From: Nitrospirota bacterium
GTDB taxonomy: Bacteria > Nitrospirota > Thermodesulfovibrionia > Thermodesulfovibrionales > UBA9159
Assembly (NCBI GenBank): GCA_037441365.1
Contig: JBBISG010000003.1
Span: 14,624 to 78,623 of the forward strand
DNA length: 64,000 nt
Direction: 5' to 3'
Positions 44,315 to 55,801 of this stretch are shown one piece after another (positions within the stretch are counted from its first letter, which is position 1; the number at the start of each line of letters is the position of its first letter). A program made the position numbers and the translations under genes. Under the pieces are notes generated by a model. That model saw only the letters and a program-made list of their open reading frames with translations, did no database searches and was not told where the DNA came from.

Positions 44315-45850
44315 CTACGCCTCCTGTGTCACCCTGAGAACCTCGCTGAGGGTCGTCATGCCCGCCCTTATCTTCTCAGCCCCATCCTCAAGCAGGGTTC
44401 TCATGCCCTGCTGCCTTGCCACTTCCCTTATCTGGTTGGAATCAGCATTTTTTAGTATAAGCCTTCTTATATCATCATCGACCACGAGGAGCTCGAATAT
44501 CCCTGTCCTGCCATAGTAACCTGTGAAGGCGCATTTCTCGCATCCCTTTCCCTTATAAAGGGCGATATCATGGTTAAGTCCGAGGATGCTGAGCTCTTCC
44601 CTGTCGGCGATTGATCGATCAACCTCTCTACAGTCAGGGCATATAACCCTTACGAGCCTCTGTGCAAGAATTCCCCTTATGGTGGATGACAGCAGGAAGT
44701 TTTCAACGCCCATGTCAAGGAGTCTTGTTATCGAGCTTGGCGCGTCATTGGTATGGAGGGTTGAAAAGACGAGGTGTCCTGTGAGGGCAGACTGAATAGC
44801 TATTTCTGCAGTCTCGAGGTCTCTGATCTCACCTATCATGATGATGTCGGGGTCCTGCCTGACAATGTGCCTCAGTGCACTGGCAAAGTTCAGGCCTATC
44901 TTTGGTTTGACCTGTATCTGGTTTACCCCTTTTAGCTGATACTCGACAGGGTCCTCAACAGTGATAATCTTTTTGTCAGGGGAGTTTATCTTATCGAGCG
45001 CTCCGTAAAGAGTTGTTGTCTTTCCGCTTCCTGTGGGTCCTGTAACGAGTATAATGCCATTAGGCTTCTTAATGAGGCTGTTAAAGGCAGAGAGGGTTTG
45101 GGGTGGAAATCCGAGCAGGTCAAGGTCTATCACTATGCCTTCCTTGCGGAGTATCCTCATCACAACGCTTTCGCCATAAAGAACGGGGATTGTTGATACC
45201 CTCAGGTCTATCTCCCTTTCATTAATTCTCAGTCTTATGCGGCCATCCTGCGGCAGCCTCCTCTCTGCGATATTCAGTTTTGCCATTATCTTTATCCTCG
45301 AGACGATTGCTGCCTGCAGTCTCTTTGGGGTGGACTCTATGTCGTGCAGCACACCATCTATCCTGAATCTCACCTTCAATTCATCCTCAAACGGTTCTAT
45401 ATGGATGTCTGAAGCCCTGCTCTCAACAGCCCTCGTTATAAGCAGGTTAACGAGCTTTATTATCGGGGCCTCTGAGGCAAGATCCTTCAGGTGCCCTATG
45501 TCTTCTTCCTCTTCCCTGAGAAACTCTATGCCGCTGTCGCCTATATCCTCGATTATCCTGTTTATATTCTGGGACTCCTGGCCGAAGAATCTGGATATGT
45601 AGTCATCTATCGCCTTGATGTCGCTTGTATAAATTGAGACATCGGCTCCGGTTGCCACCCTGAGTGCATCTATAGTCGCCCTGTCTTCAGGATCGGCCAT
45701 CACTACGACGAGTGCATTGTCTTTGAGATCCAGAGGGATTACCCTGTTTTCACGGATAAAGCGTGATGATATCCCATCGAGGACAAATGGAACCTTCGGA
45801 AGCCCGTCGGGGTTTAGATAGGGAATGTCTTTAATCCTCTGGTGGTTCAC
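44315..45850 (-). CDS. gspE: type II secretion / type IV pilus ATPase GspE
   Basis: 511 aa; Walker A GPTGSGKTTT, Asp/His boxes, tetracysteine CPDC...CEKC. Confidence 0.9.
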   Translation of the reverse strand: MNHQRIKDIPYLNPDGLPKVPFVLDGISSRFIRENRVIPLDLKDNALVVVMADPEDRATIDALRVATGADVSIYTSDIKAIDDYISRFFGQESQNINRIIEDIGDSGIEFLREEEEDIGHLKDLASEAPIIKLVNLLITRAVESRASDIHIEPFEDELKVRFRIDGVLHDIESTPKRLQAAIVSRIKIMAKLNIAERRLPQDGRIRLRINEREIDLRVSTIPVLYGESVVMRILRKEGIVIDLDLLGFPPQTLSAFNSLIKKPNGIILVTGPTGSGKTTTLYGALDKINSPDKKIITVEDPVEYQLKGVNQIQVKPKIGLNFASALRHIVRQDPDIIMIGEIRDLETAEIAIQSALTGHLVFSTLHTNDAPSSITRLLDMGVENFLLSSTIRGILAQRLVRVICPDCREVDRSIADREELSILGLNHDIALYKGKGCEKCAFTGYYGRTGIFELLVVDDDIRRLILKNADSNQIREVARQQGMRTLLEDGAEKIRAGMTTLSEVLRVTQEA

Positions 45851-45897
45851 TCTCCGATCTCCTTCGAATTAATGGATAATTATAGCACAAATATTGT

Positions 45898-47342
45898 TTA
45901 ATACGCCCCCTCCATCCTGACAACTACCTTGAGCGTCTTAAACAGTATCACTATGTCAAGCCACAGAGACCAGTTCATGACATACCATGTATCTAACTTC
46001 ATCCTGTACTCATAGCCTGTATTGCTCCTTCCACTCACCTGCCACAGACCTGTTATGCCCGGCTTTGCGCTGCAGATAACCCCGAGGTCGCTCTCGATCT
46101 CCGCCCTCTCCCTCGGCAGATAAGGCCTCGGACCTACGAGGCTCATCTCACCCTTTAGGACATTGAATACCTGCGGCAGTTCATCCAGTGATGTCCTTCT
46201 CAGAAATCTGCCGATCCTTGTGACCCTCGGGTCGTCCTTCAGCTTCCACTTTTTGTCCCATTCCTCACGGGCAGTCTCATTGCTTTCGAGGATCTCCCTG
46301 AGTCTCTCCTCCGCATCCTTATGCATCGTCCTGAACTTGTAGCACCTGAAGGTTTTCCCGTTCTTGCCGATCCTGTCGTGGGTGTAGATTGCAGGCCCTG
46401 GTGTCTCTAATCTTATCACCAACCCGATTGCTCCGATGATGGGCAGAAGCAGCGGCATCGAGATTATGCCTGCCGCAATATCGAAGAGTCTCTTTATAAG
46501 CCTGTTCAGTGCGGATTTCAGGTTATTTCTTATGTTCATCAGGAATATCTCCTCGTAGAAGAGGTGGAGGAGTTCTGTGTTTAGAAGGGCAATGCCCTTA
46601 AGGTCTGGTATTACTATGGTGTTTATGGCGTGGTTCTGGACATTTGCAGTGATAGCGGAAAGCCTTTCAGGATGGAGCGATGGCATGGCGATTATGATCG
46701 TCCTGATGCCCAGTTCCTTCACAAACCTCGGGAAGTGCCTTACACTGCCAAAAACCTTTTTGCCGCCAATGACCTCACCTTTTTTGAGTTCGTCGTCATC
46801 AAGGAATCCGATAACTTCATATCCCATATGCCTTTCCCTTTGCAGGCCGTCCATCACCAGTCTTCCTGCCCGACCCGCACCGAGGATCAGCACCCTCTCT
46901 TTCCATATCCCTGTGGTATAGAGGATCTTTTTGCCCCAGAGCCTGAAGAGGGGAAATGTAAATATCGATGCGCCCCAGAATCCCATCAGGACGATGCGGG
47001 ATACCTCGCCGTGCAGCTTCCCCAGTGTGACGATGGCCATGGCGGTTAATGCTGCGAGGGAGGTGGCCTTTATGTTGACCATGGCCTCATCCCAGAATGG
47101 CATATTGCTACTGTAGAGACCCTCATAGGATATAAAGAATATAACGATGGCAGGTATCCACCACAATGACAGAAAATATGCGTATGAGAAATCAAAGACC
47201 GGCAGGTCTGACAGCAATAACGGTATGACCTCTGCCCTTATTGCCCATGCAATGAACATGCATGTATAAAATGCGAGAAGGTCGATGGTAACAAGGCAAA
47301 AGACCTGGAGGAGCCGTCTGAGCAGGTTATTGATGGTCTCTC

Positions 47343-47346
<4 letters not shown>
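45898..47346 (-). CDS. polyprenyl-phosphate glycosyl-1-phosphate transferase (WbaP/EpsB-like)
   Basis: start at MRETINNLL (ATGA overlap with the upstream GT2 stop); C-terminal DELPQVFNVLKGEMSLVGPRP. Confidence 0.85.
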
Positions 47347-49220
<1,874 letters not shown>

Positions 49221-49243
49221 AAGCGAGTTGGTGAGGAGGTTTT

Positions 49244-50902
49244 GTGAAGAATAAGGTCTCGGGTTTGATCTTTCTTATCGTGACATTGTTTGCTTGTGCC
49301 GCTTTAGCGCAGGACCCGCTCGGTCATCTCAGGGATGAAACGCTATCCTACTTCAAACCGTTGAAGGGCAAGGTCTTATCTGTGGATGGTGGTGCAATTA
49401 CTGCTGACCTGGGGGTGAAGTCGGCTATAAAGAAGGGTATGAGATTCTCTATCCTCAAAAAGGGTGTTCCATTTTTACACCCTGTGACAAAGGAGCCTAT
49501 AGGGAGAATAGAGACACCTGTTGGAAAGGCCGTGGTGAAGGAAATAGGCGCTGAGGGCTCAGTCATGGAAATATTGAGCGGCAGTGCCAGTGCTGGCGAT
49601 ATATTAAGGACTTCGGGGATGAAGATCAGGATGCTCTTTTATCAGGATAGAACTGTTGATTGGAATCTGGGGGAGTCTTACTATCGCCTGCTGAAGGAGA
49701 GCGGCAGGTTCGAACTGCTTGACACACCCATCGATTCAGGGGATGATTCGGTGGTAATGGCTGAGGCCAAGAGGCTCAATGCAGAGGTAGCCCTTATACT
49801 AAGGGCCGGGGCCTCTGAAAAGGATACCCTCTTGAGTCAGAGGCTTCTGTGGGTTGAGGATTCCTCCATGCTTGCTGATAGCAAGGTGAGGGTGGATGCC
49901 GCCTATGTGAAGGAGCTGAGATCTGGAGAGGGTCTGGCCGCCATTCAGTCTTCGGAAGATGCTCTGCTCTTCTTTGACCTGCCTTTTACTGCGCGGCTGA
50001 TCACCACAGGGGATGTTAATGGTGATGGAAAGCAGGAATTGATAATCAGCACGGGCAGCGATATAAGGGTCTGTGTGATAGGTGTCAACCTCCAGACCCT
50101 CTATGAGATGAAGGGGGTCGGTGGTGATTTTCTCTGGATGGATACGCTGGACATAAATTCTGATGGAAGGGATGAGATTATAGTCACCTCCATGAAGGAC
50201 GATGAGGTGGTCTCCTATATATACGAACTCAGGGGTTCTGAATTCTCCCTGCTCTATAAGGACAGGCTATTTTTGAGGAGATTGGGCGATGGCCTGATTG
50301 CCCAGGGGTATGACAGGGCAGAGGGTTTTGACGGCCCTGTCTTTCATCTCACTTACCAGTCGGGCGTATTCAGAAGGGGGAGCGCCCTCAAACTTCCACC
50401 GGGTGTGAATATATACGATTTTGCACTGATTGAGGCCCCTAACAGTGAGGGTTATATCCTCGCCTATGATGATGCAGGATACCTCAATCTATACAATACC
50501 GCGGGTCTAAGGGTCTGGAGAAGCAGCGAAGGATATGGAGGGTTCCTCACCACCTTTAAGAGGGCGGCCCCGACAATAATGGTTGACAGAGGGGAATGGG
50601 CGGTAAAGGACAGGATATTTCTGAGGAACAGGGAGTCTATTGTTGCGAAAAGGATACCCTTTGCAAATATGGCAAAGGGGATCGGCTATAAGAGATCTCA
50701 GATAAGGGTCCTGTGGTGGACAGGGCTTTCCATGGAGGAGAGGACCATTATAGATAATATATCAGGCGGCATACAGGATTATACCCTTGCTGGCGACAGG
50801 CTAGTCGTCATCAGCAGGCCCCTGTTTGGCATAAAGCCAAAGAACATCCTTAAGGGTGAAAGTCCATTTGGGTCTATGTTATACGTCTACTCCCTTAAGT
50901 GA
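49244..50902 (+). CDS. secreted FG-GAP/VCBS-repeat protein
   Basis: GTG start, signal peptide; GDVNGDGKQELII and DINSDGRDEIIV repeats. Confidence 0.6.
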   Translation: MKNKVSGLIFLIVTLFACAALAQDPLGHLRDETLSYFKPLKGKVLSVDGGAITADLGVKSAIKKGMRFSILKKGVPFLHPVTKEPIGRIETPVGKAVVKEIGAEGSVMEILSGSASAGDILRTSGMKIRMLFYQDRTVDWNLGESYYRLLKESGRFELLDTPIDSGDDSVVMAEAKRLNAEVALILRAGASEKDTLLSQRLLWVEDSSMLADSKVRVDAAYVKELRSGEGLAAIQSSEDALLFFDLPFTARLITTGDVNGDGKQELIISTGSDIRVCVIGVNLQTLYEMKGVGGDFLWMDTLDINSDGRDEIIVTSMKDDEVVSYIYELRGSEFSLLYKDRLFLRRLGDGLIAQGYDRAEGFDGPVFHLTYQSGVFRRGSALKLPPGVNIYDFALIEAPNSEGYILAYDDAGYLNLYNTAGLRVWRSSEGYGGFLTTFKRAAPTIMVDRGEWAVKDRIFLRNRESIVAKRIPFANMAKGIGYKRSQIRVLWWTGLSMEERTIIDNISGGIQDYTLAGDRLVVISRPLFGIKPKNILKGESPFGSMLYVYSLK

Positions 50903-50963
50903 AAAGGTAGAGCAGTTCGGAAGCACAGTAGTCTGGAAGTGCTGAAGCTGGAAAGGAGGAGAG

Positions 50964-51692
50964 TTGTTATTATCCGGCAGGATACCCGAGCATGTGGCAA
51001 TAATAATGGACGGCAATGGAAGATGGGCAGAGATGCGCGGCTTGCCGAGGATAGAGGGGCATAAGAGGGGCGCTGAGAGGGCAAGGGAGATCATAGCAGC
51101 AGCCATGGAGATCGGCGTTAATACCCTTACCCTGTATGCCTTCTCCAAAGAGAACTGGCAGAGGCCGGGTGATGAGGTATCGACATTAATGAAACTCCTC
51201 GAGCTTTACCTGAGAAGGGAATTTGATGAATTGATAAGGAAGGGGATTGTCTTCAGGACTATAGGGGAGATATGGAGATTACCCGAGGACATACAGGTGC
51301 TTCTGAGGAAGGTGGAGGAGGGCTCAAGCGGCAACATTGGTATGAGCCTTGTCCTTGCCCTGAGTTATGGGGGAAGGGATGAGATCATGCGTGCAATAAA
51401 AAAGGCGATCATCTCTGGCGTAAGACCAGAGGAGGTTACAGAGGAGTATTTTGAATCGCTCCTTGATACAGCAGGCATTCCTGACCCTGACCTTATCATC
51501 AGAACCAGCGGAGAGAAACGGATAAGTAATTTTCTGCTGTGGCAGGCAGCCTATTCTGAGCTTTACTTTACAGAGACCCTCTGGCCCGACTTCACGAAGG
51601 ATGAGCTCTTTCTTGCCCTGCACGACTACCAGATGAGGGAGAGGAGGTTCGGTGCGGTTCCTAAAGGGGGTGTAACCCCCTTTACATCTTGA
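50964..51692 (+). CDS. uppS: undecaprenyl diphosphate synthase
   Basis: HVAIIMDGNGRWA, RTSGEKRISNFLLWQ. Confidence 0.9.
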   Translation: MLLSGRIPEHVAIIMDGNGRWAEMRGLPRIEGHKRGAERAREIIAAAMEIGVNTLTLYAFSKENWQRPGDEVSTLMKLLELYLRREFDELIRKGIVFRTIGEIWRLPEDIQVLLRKVEEGSSGNIGMSLVLALSYGGRDEIMRAIKKAIISGVRPEEVTEEYFESLLDTAGIPDPDLIIRTSGEKRISNFLLWQAAYSELYFTETLWPDFTKDELFLALHDYQMRERRFGAVPKGGVTPFTS

Positions 51693-51721
51693 TTAATTAT
51701 GGTATTTATTCCTTATCGGGG

Positions 51722-51745
51722 TTTGGGGTGCTTCTGCACCCCAAA
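51722..51745. repeat. short hairpin related to the palindromic element core (TTTGGGGTGC-ttct-GCACCCCAAA)
   Basis: 10-bp perfect stem 30 nt after the uppS stop; shares the GCACCCCAAA core. Confidence 0.6.
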
Positions 51746-51759
51746 GTCAGAACAGTGAG

Positions 51760-52548
51760 ATGCATATCAAGAGACTTGCAGCTGCTGTAATACTGCTGCC
51801 AATTTTTTACTTCTATGTGATGAAGCTCCCGCAGGTGTATTTCTTTATGCTCCTGCTCGCTGCATCTATCATTGCGCAATGGGAGTTTTATTCCATGTAC
51901 CGCATTTCAGGCATTATGAGGGTCTCGGGTATATTTCTCGGCACAGCCCTGCTGACGGCGGTGCATCTTTCAGGGGATATGACGAATATGCTGATGCTTT
52001 CAATTATGGCTATCTCTTCCCTCAGGCTGTTGAGCAAAAGGGACCCTTCATCATCCCTGCGCGACATATCGCCTGTTATACTATCATTGCTGTATATTCC
52101 CTGTTTGCTCGGGGTTCAGCTATCCATCAGGGGTGCAGGGCCCGTGTGGATAATATTCCTTTACGGCTGTGTATGGGCATCTGACAGCCTTGCCTATTAT
52201 GCAGGAAAGGGCCTCGGCAGGAGGAGGTTATACAGAGAGGTGAGTCCGAATAAGACCATTGCCGGGGCCTTCGGCTCATTGGTCGGCGGCGCCCTATCTG
52301 GATTGCTGTTGGACCTCATATTAATACATACCATGAACTTATGGAAGTCCGTCATTATCGGTCTGATCATAGGTGCAACTACGATATTGGGTGATCTTGT
52401 TGAGTCTATGTTCAAGCGGGACGCGGGTGTTAAGGATTCGGGTGTGGTGATCCCGGGCCATGGAGGCATACTCGACAAGATAGATGGCGTCCTCTTTGCA
52501 GGCCCTGCACTTTACTGGATGGCCGGTGCGCTGGATATAATCAAATGA
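51760..52548 (+). CDS. cdsA: phosphatidate cytidylyltransferase
   Basis: 262 aa polytopic; SxxKRxxxxKD-type motif SMFKRDAGVKDSG...GHGGILDKID. Confidence 0.85.
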   Translation: MHIKRLAAAVILLPIFYFYVMKLPQVYFFMLLLAASIIAQWEFYSMYRISGIMRVSGIFLGTALLTAVHLSGDMTNMLMLSIMAISSLRLLSKRDPSSSLRDISPVILSLLYIPCLLGVQLSIRGAGPVWIIFLYGCVWASDSLAYYAGKGLGRRRLYREVSPNKTIAGAFGSLVGGALSGLLLDLILIHTMNLWKSVIIGLIIGATTILGDLVESMFKRDAGVKDSGVVIPGHGGILDKIDGVLFAGPALYWMAGALDIIK

Positions 52549-53723
52549 GAGAGACGAAGCGGATAGTCATCCTGGGTTCGACAGGCTCTATAGGCCGTAG
52601 CGCCCTCGATGTTATATCAAGATTTCCTGACAGATTCAGGGTCGTTGGATTAACAGCAGGCAGGAACATCTCGCTCCTCGTAGAACAGATAAGACAATTC
52701 CAGCCAGGGGTTGTTGCAGTATTTGATGAGGATACATACAGAGGCCTCAAAGACGCACTGCTCTATACCAGGCATCCTGATTTTCCCTCTCCTGAGGTAT
52801 TTTACGGAGCAGAGGGTATCTGCACTGTGGCTGAAATGCCAGGCGCTGATACAGTCATATCAGCCATAGTCGGTTCTGCAGGACTTCTGCCGACCCTGAT
52901 GGCGATCAGGGCAGGAAAGACAGTGGCCCTTGCTAATAAAGAGGCGCTTGTGATGGCAGGCAATATCCTGATGTCTGAGGTCAGGCGGTGTGGTGCAGTG
53001 CTCCTGCCTGTTGACAGCGAGCACAGTGCAATATTGCAGTGCATGAGGGGACATGACAGGGGCTCGGTAAAGAGGATAATACTCACTGCATCGGGCGGTC
53101 CATTTGTTGGCAAGACCCTCGATGAATTGATGAATGTCTCTCCGGAAGATGCCCTGAAACACCCCAACTGGAGTATGGGTACAAAGATAACCATAGATTC
53201 AGCAACCCTCATGAATAAAGGTCTCGAGGTGATAGAGGCCCACCATTTGTTTGGCATCCCTCCTGAGAGGATAGATGTCCTCATCCACCCGCAGAGCATA
53301 ATTCACTCTATCGTAGAATTCAATGATGAAAGTTACATGGCCCAGCTCTCGATGCCTGACATGAAGGGCCCTATCGCATATGTCCTTTCTTACCCTGAGA
53401 GACTCAACAACATAATGGAGCCGATAGACTGGGAGAGGCTTTCCATGCTCACATTCATGAGGCCTGACAACAGGACATTCCCCTGTCTCTCCCTCGCATA
53501 TTCTGCGGTAAAGGAAGGCGGGACAATGCCTGCTGTCCTTAATGCAGCGAACGAGGTCAGCGTAAATGCCTTTCTCGGAAAAAGGATAACTTTTAATGAC
53601 ATACCTGTTATAATAAAGAGAACTATGGATTCCCACAGGACGATGGATGCATCAGGCCTTGATGCAGTTATCGAGGCTGACAGGTGGGCGCGAAAAAAGG
53701 CAGAAGAATATGTGGCAGGTTGA
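52545..53723 (+). CDS. dxr: 1-deoxy-D-xylulose-5-phosphate reductoisomerase
   Basis: ILGSTGSIGRS, LANKEAL, PVDSEHSA, HPNWSMG motifs. Confidence 0.95.
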   Translation: MRETKRIVILGSTGSIGRSALDVISRFPDRFRVVGLTAGRNISLLVEQIRQFQPGVVAVFDEDTYRGLKDALLYTRHPDFPSPEVFYGAEGICTVAEMPGADTVISAIVGSAGLLPTLMAIRAGKTVALANKEALVMAGNILMSEVRRCGAVLLPVDSEHSAILQCMRGHDRGSVKRIILTASGGPFVGKTLDELMNVSPEDALKHPNWSMGTKITIDSATLMNKGLEVIEAHHLFGIPPERIDVLIHPQSIIHSIVEFNDESYMAQLSMPDMKGPIAYVLSYPERLNNIMEPIDWERLSMLTFMRPDNRTFPCLSLAYSAVKEGGTMPAVLNAANEVSVNAFLGKRITFNDIPVIIKRTMDSHRTMDASGLDAVIEADRWARKKAEEYVAG

Positions 53724-53738
53724 CGAATTAAAGGAGAG

Positions 53739-54815
53739 GTGATGACAGTTTTATCCGCAATCATACTTCTGGGCATACTCATCTTTGTGCATGAGCTCGG
53801 TCATTTCATCTTTGCGAAGCTCACGAATGTGAAGGTCCTCAAGTTTTCCCTCGGATTCGGCCCGAAGATCATAGGTAAAAGATATGGAGAAACCGAATAT
53901 CTCGTATCCTCCGTCCCTCTCGGCGGATATGTGAAGATGCTTGGTGAGGAGCCAGGCATTGAGATCAGGGATGAAGACAGGGCAAGGGCATACAGCTTTC
54001 AGCCTGTGTGGAAGAGGCTTCTCATCGTCCTTTCAGGCCCGCTGTTTAATATCTTCTTTGCTGCTGTGATATTTATTCTTGTATTCCTGTCGGGGGTGCC
54101 GGTACTTCTGCCCGAGGTTGGAGAGGTCCTTGCAGATTCGCCAGCGGCTGCAGCAGGTCTCAGGAAGGGTGACACCATTCAGGAGATTAATAATATCCCT
54201 ATAAGGCGGTGGGATGAGATGACAGGGTTTATACATAAGAGCCCTGGAAGACAGCTCGACTTCAAGATAAAAAGGGGTGGCGAGTTGATAGAGATCACCA
54301 TAACGCCTGAGAGGAAGACAGTGCCAGATATATTCGGTGAGAAGAAGGAGGTCGGCCTTATAGGCATAAAACCCTCAGGGGCCACATTCACAGAAAAGGG
54401 GACATTGTCTGGCGCAGTAACCCAGGGTTTATCGAGGACATGGGATATATCGGTCCTCACCGTGCTGTCAATAATAAAGCTCATCCAGCGCATTGTCCCT
54501 GCAGAGACGATAGGGGGGCCAATACTCATATTCCAGATGGCAGGGGAACAGGCAGCCCACGGACCATTGAGCTTTTTTACATTCATGGCAGTTATCAGCA
54601 TCAACCTCGGTATACTCAACCTCCTTCCGATACCGATACTCGATGGTGGGCACATCCTCTTCCTCGGTATCGAGGCCGTAAGAAGGAAACCAGTGAATGA
54701 AAAGGTGGTAATAATAGCTCAGAGGATCGGTCTGGCTATAATCGTAACCCTCATGGTATTTGCCTTCTATAACGATATAATGAGATTAATCACAGGGAAA
54801 ATGATACCGCAATGA
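53739..54815 (+). CDS. rseP: RIP site-2 zinc metalloprotease
   Basis: HELGHF, PDZ segment, NLLPIPILDGG. Confidence 0.9.
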   Translation: MMTVLSAIILLGILIFVHELGHFIFAKLTNVKVLKFSLGFGPKIIGKRYGETEYLVSSVPLGGYVKMLGEEPGIEIRDEDRARAYSFQPVWKRLLIVLSGPLFNIFFAAVIFILVFLSGVPVLLPEVGEVLADSPAAAAGLRKGDTIQEINNIPIRRWDEMTGFIHKSPGRQLDFKIKRGGELIEITITPERKTVPDIFGEKKEVGLIGIKPSGATFTEKGTLSGAVTQGLSRTWDISVLTVLSIIKLIQRIVPAETIGGPILIFQMAGEQAAHGPLSFFTFMAVISINLGILNLLPIPILDGGHILFLGIEAVRRKPVNEKVVIIAQRIGLAIIVTLMVFAFYNDIMRLITGKMIPQ

Positions 54816-55291
54816 AACCTGCTGCTATCAAGACGCAGGTTTCTGCAGGGGGTGTCATATTCAGGAAGGCCGATAAAAACAATGTGGAGATAGCCCTTGT
54901 CTCTGTAAAGGGGGGCGAGGTCTGGACACTGCCGAAGGGTCTTGTTGAGAAATGGGAGAGACCCGAGGAGGCGGCAGTCAGGGAGGTTGAGGAGGAGACA
55001 GGGCTTTCAGGCAGGGTACTGACGAAGATCGGCGACAGCTCCTACTGGTATTATATTAAGGATGACAATATAAAATGCAGGAAGACCGTCCACTTCTACC
55101 TATTGGAGTATGTAAGTGGTAGCACATCTGACCACAACTGGGAGGTAGACAGTGCCGAATGGTTTGCCCTTGATGAGGCTTTAAAGAGGCTGAGTTACAG
55201 AGGGGACAGGGACATAGTCCAGAAGGCAAAGGAGATCCTCGCTAAAAGAAGGCAGATAAGTGACGATGGGCAGGATACTGAACTGGGATGA
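54812..55291 (+). CDS. NUDIX hydrolase
   Basis: Nudix box GLVEKWERPEEAAVREVEEETGL. Confidence 0.8.
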   Translation: MKPAAIKTQVSAGGVIFRKADKNNVEIALVSVKGGEVWTLPKGLVEKWERPEEAAVREVEEETGLSGRVLTKIGDSSYWYYIKDDNIKCRKTVHFYLLEYVSGSTSDHNWEVDSAEWFALDEALKRLSYRGDRDIVQKAKEILAKRRQISDDGQDTELG

Positions 55292-55766
55292 TTTGAAGAT
55301 GGAAGTGGATCGTGCAAAGGCAGAGGGGAAAAGGGTCGTCTTTACCAATGGCTGCTTCGATATCCTTCATGTAGGCCATGTGAGGTATCTGAGGGAGGCA
55401 AGGGGCTTTGGCGATCTCCTTGTTGTTGCCATTAATACAGACCGTTCTGTTTCGAAGATAAAGAAAGGAAGGCCAATAATCCCCGAGGCGCAGAGGGCAG
55501 AGGTGATCGCCAGTCTTGAGATGGTCGATCTTGTTACCCTCTTTGATGAGGATACACCTTACGAATTGATAAGTTTCCTCAGGCCTGATGTGCTTGTGAA
55601 GGGCGGTGACTGGAGGGTGGAGGAGATCGTTGGCTCTGACATCGTTGCAGAAACCCACAGCCTTCCGTATATCAGGGGAGTATCGACAACAGAGATAATA
55701 GAGAAGATTAAGAGGGCTTCAGAAGTTAAAAGTCGAAGGTTGAAAGTCAAAAGTCCTCGACTTTAA
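55260..55766 (+). CDS. D-beta-D-heptose-1-phosphate adenylyltransferase (RfaE domain II type cytidylyltransferase)
   Basis: FTNGCFDILHVGHVRYL; C-terminal 14 aa EVKSRRLKVKSPRL encoded by the left arm of a word hairpin. Confidence 0.8.
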   Translation: MTMGRILNWDDLKMEVDRAKAEGKRVVFTNGCFDILHVGHVRYLREARGFGDLLVVAINTDRSVSKIKKGRPIIPEAQRAEVIASLEMVDLVTLFDEDTPYELISFLRPDVLVKGGDWRVEEIVGSDIVAETHSLPYIRGVSTTEIIEKIKRASEVKSRRLKVKSPRL

Positions 55767-55792
55767 AACTTTTAACTTTAAACTTTCGACTT
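55723..55792. repeat. heptamer-word inverted array (AGTTAAA AGTCGAA GGTTGAA AGTCAAA AGTCCTC | GACTTTA AAACTTT TAACTTT AAACTTT CGACTTA)
   Basis: read directly; the rfaE-II stop codon (55764..55766) lies at the hairpin centre. Confidence 0.7.
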
Positions 55793-55801
55793 ACACTCAC
55801 A

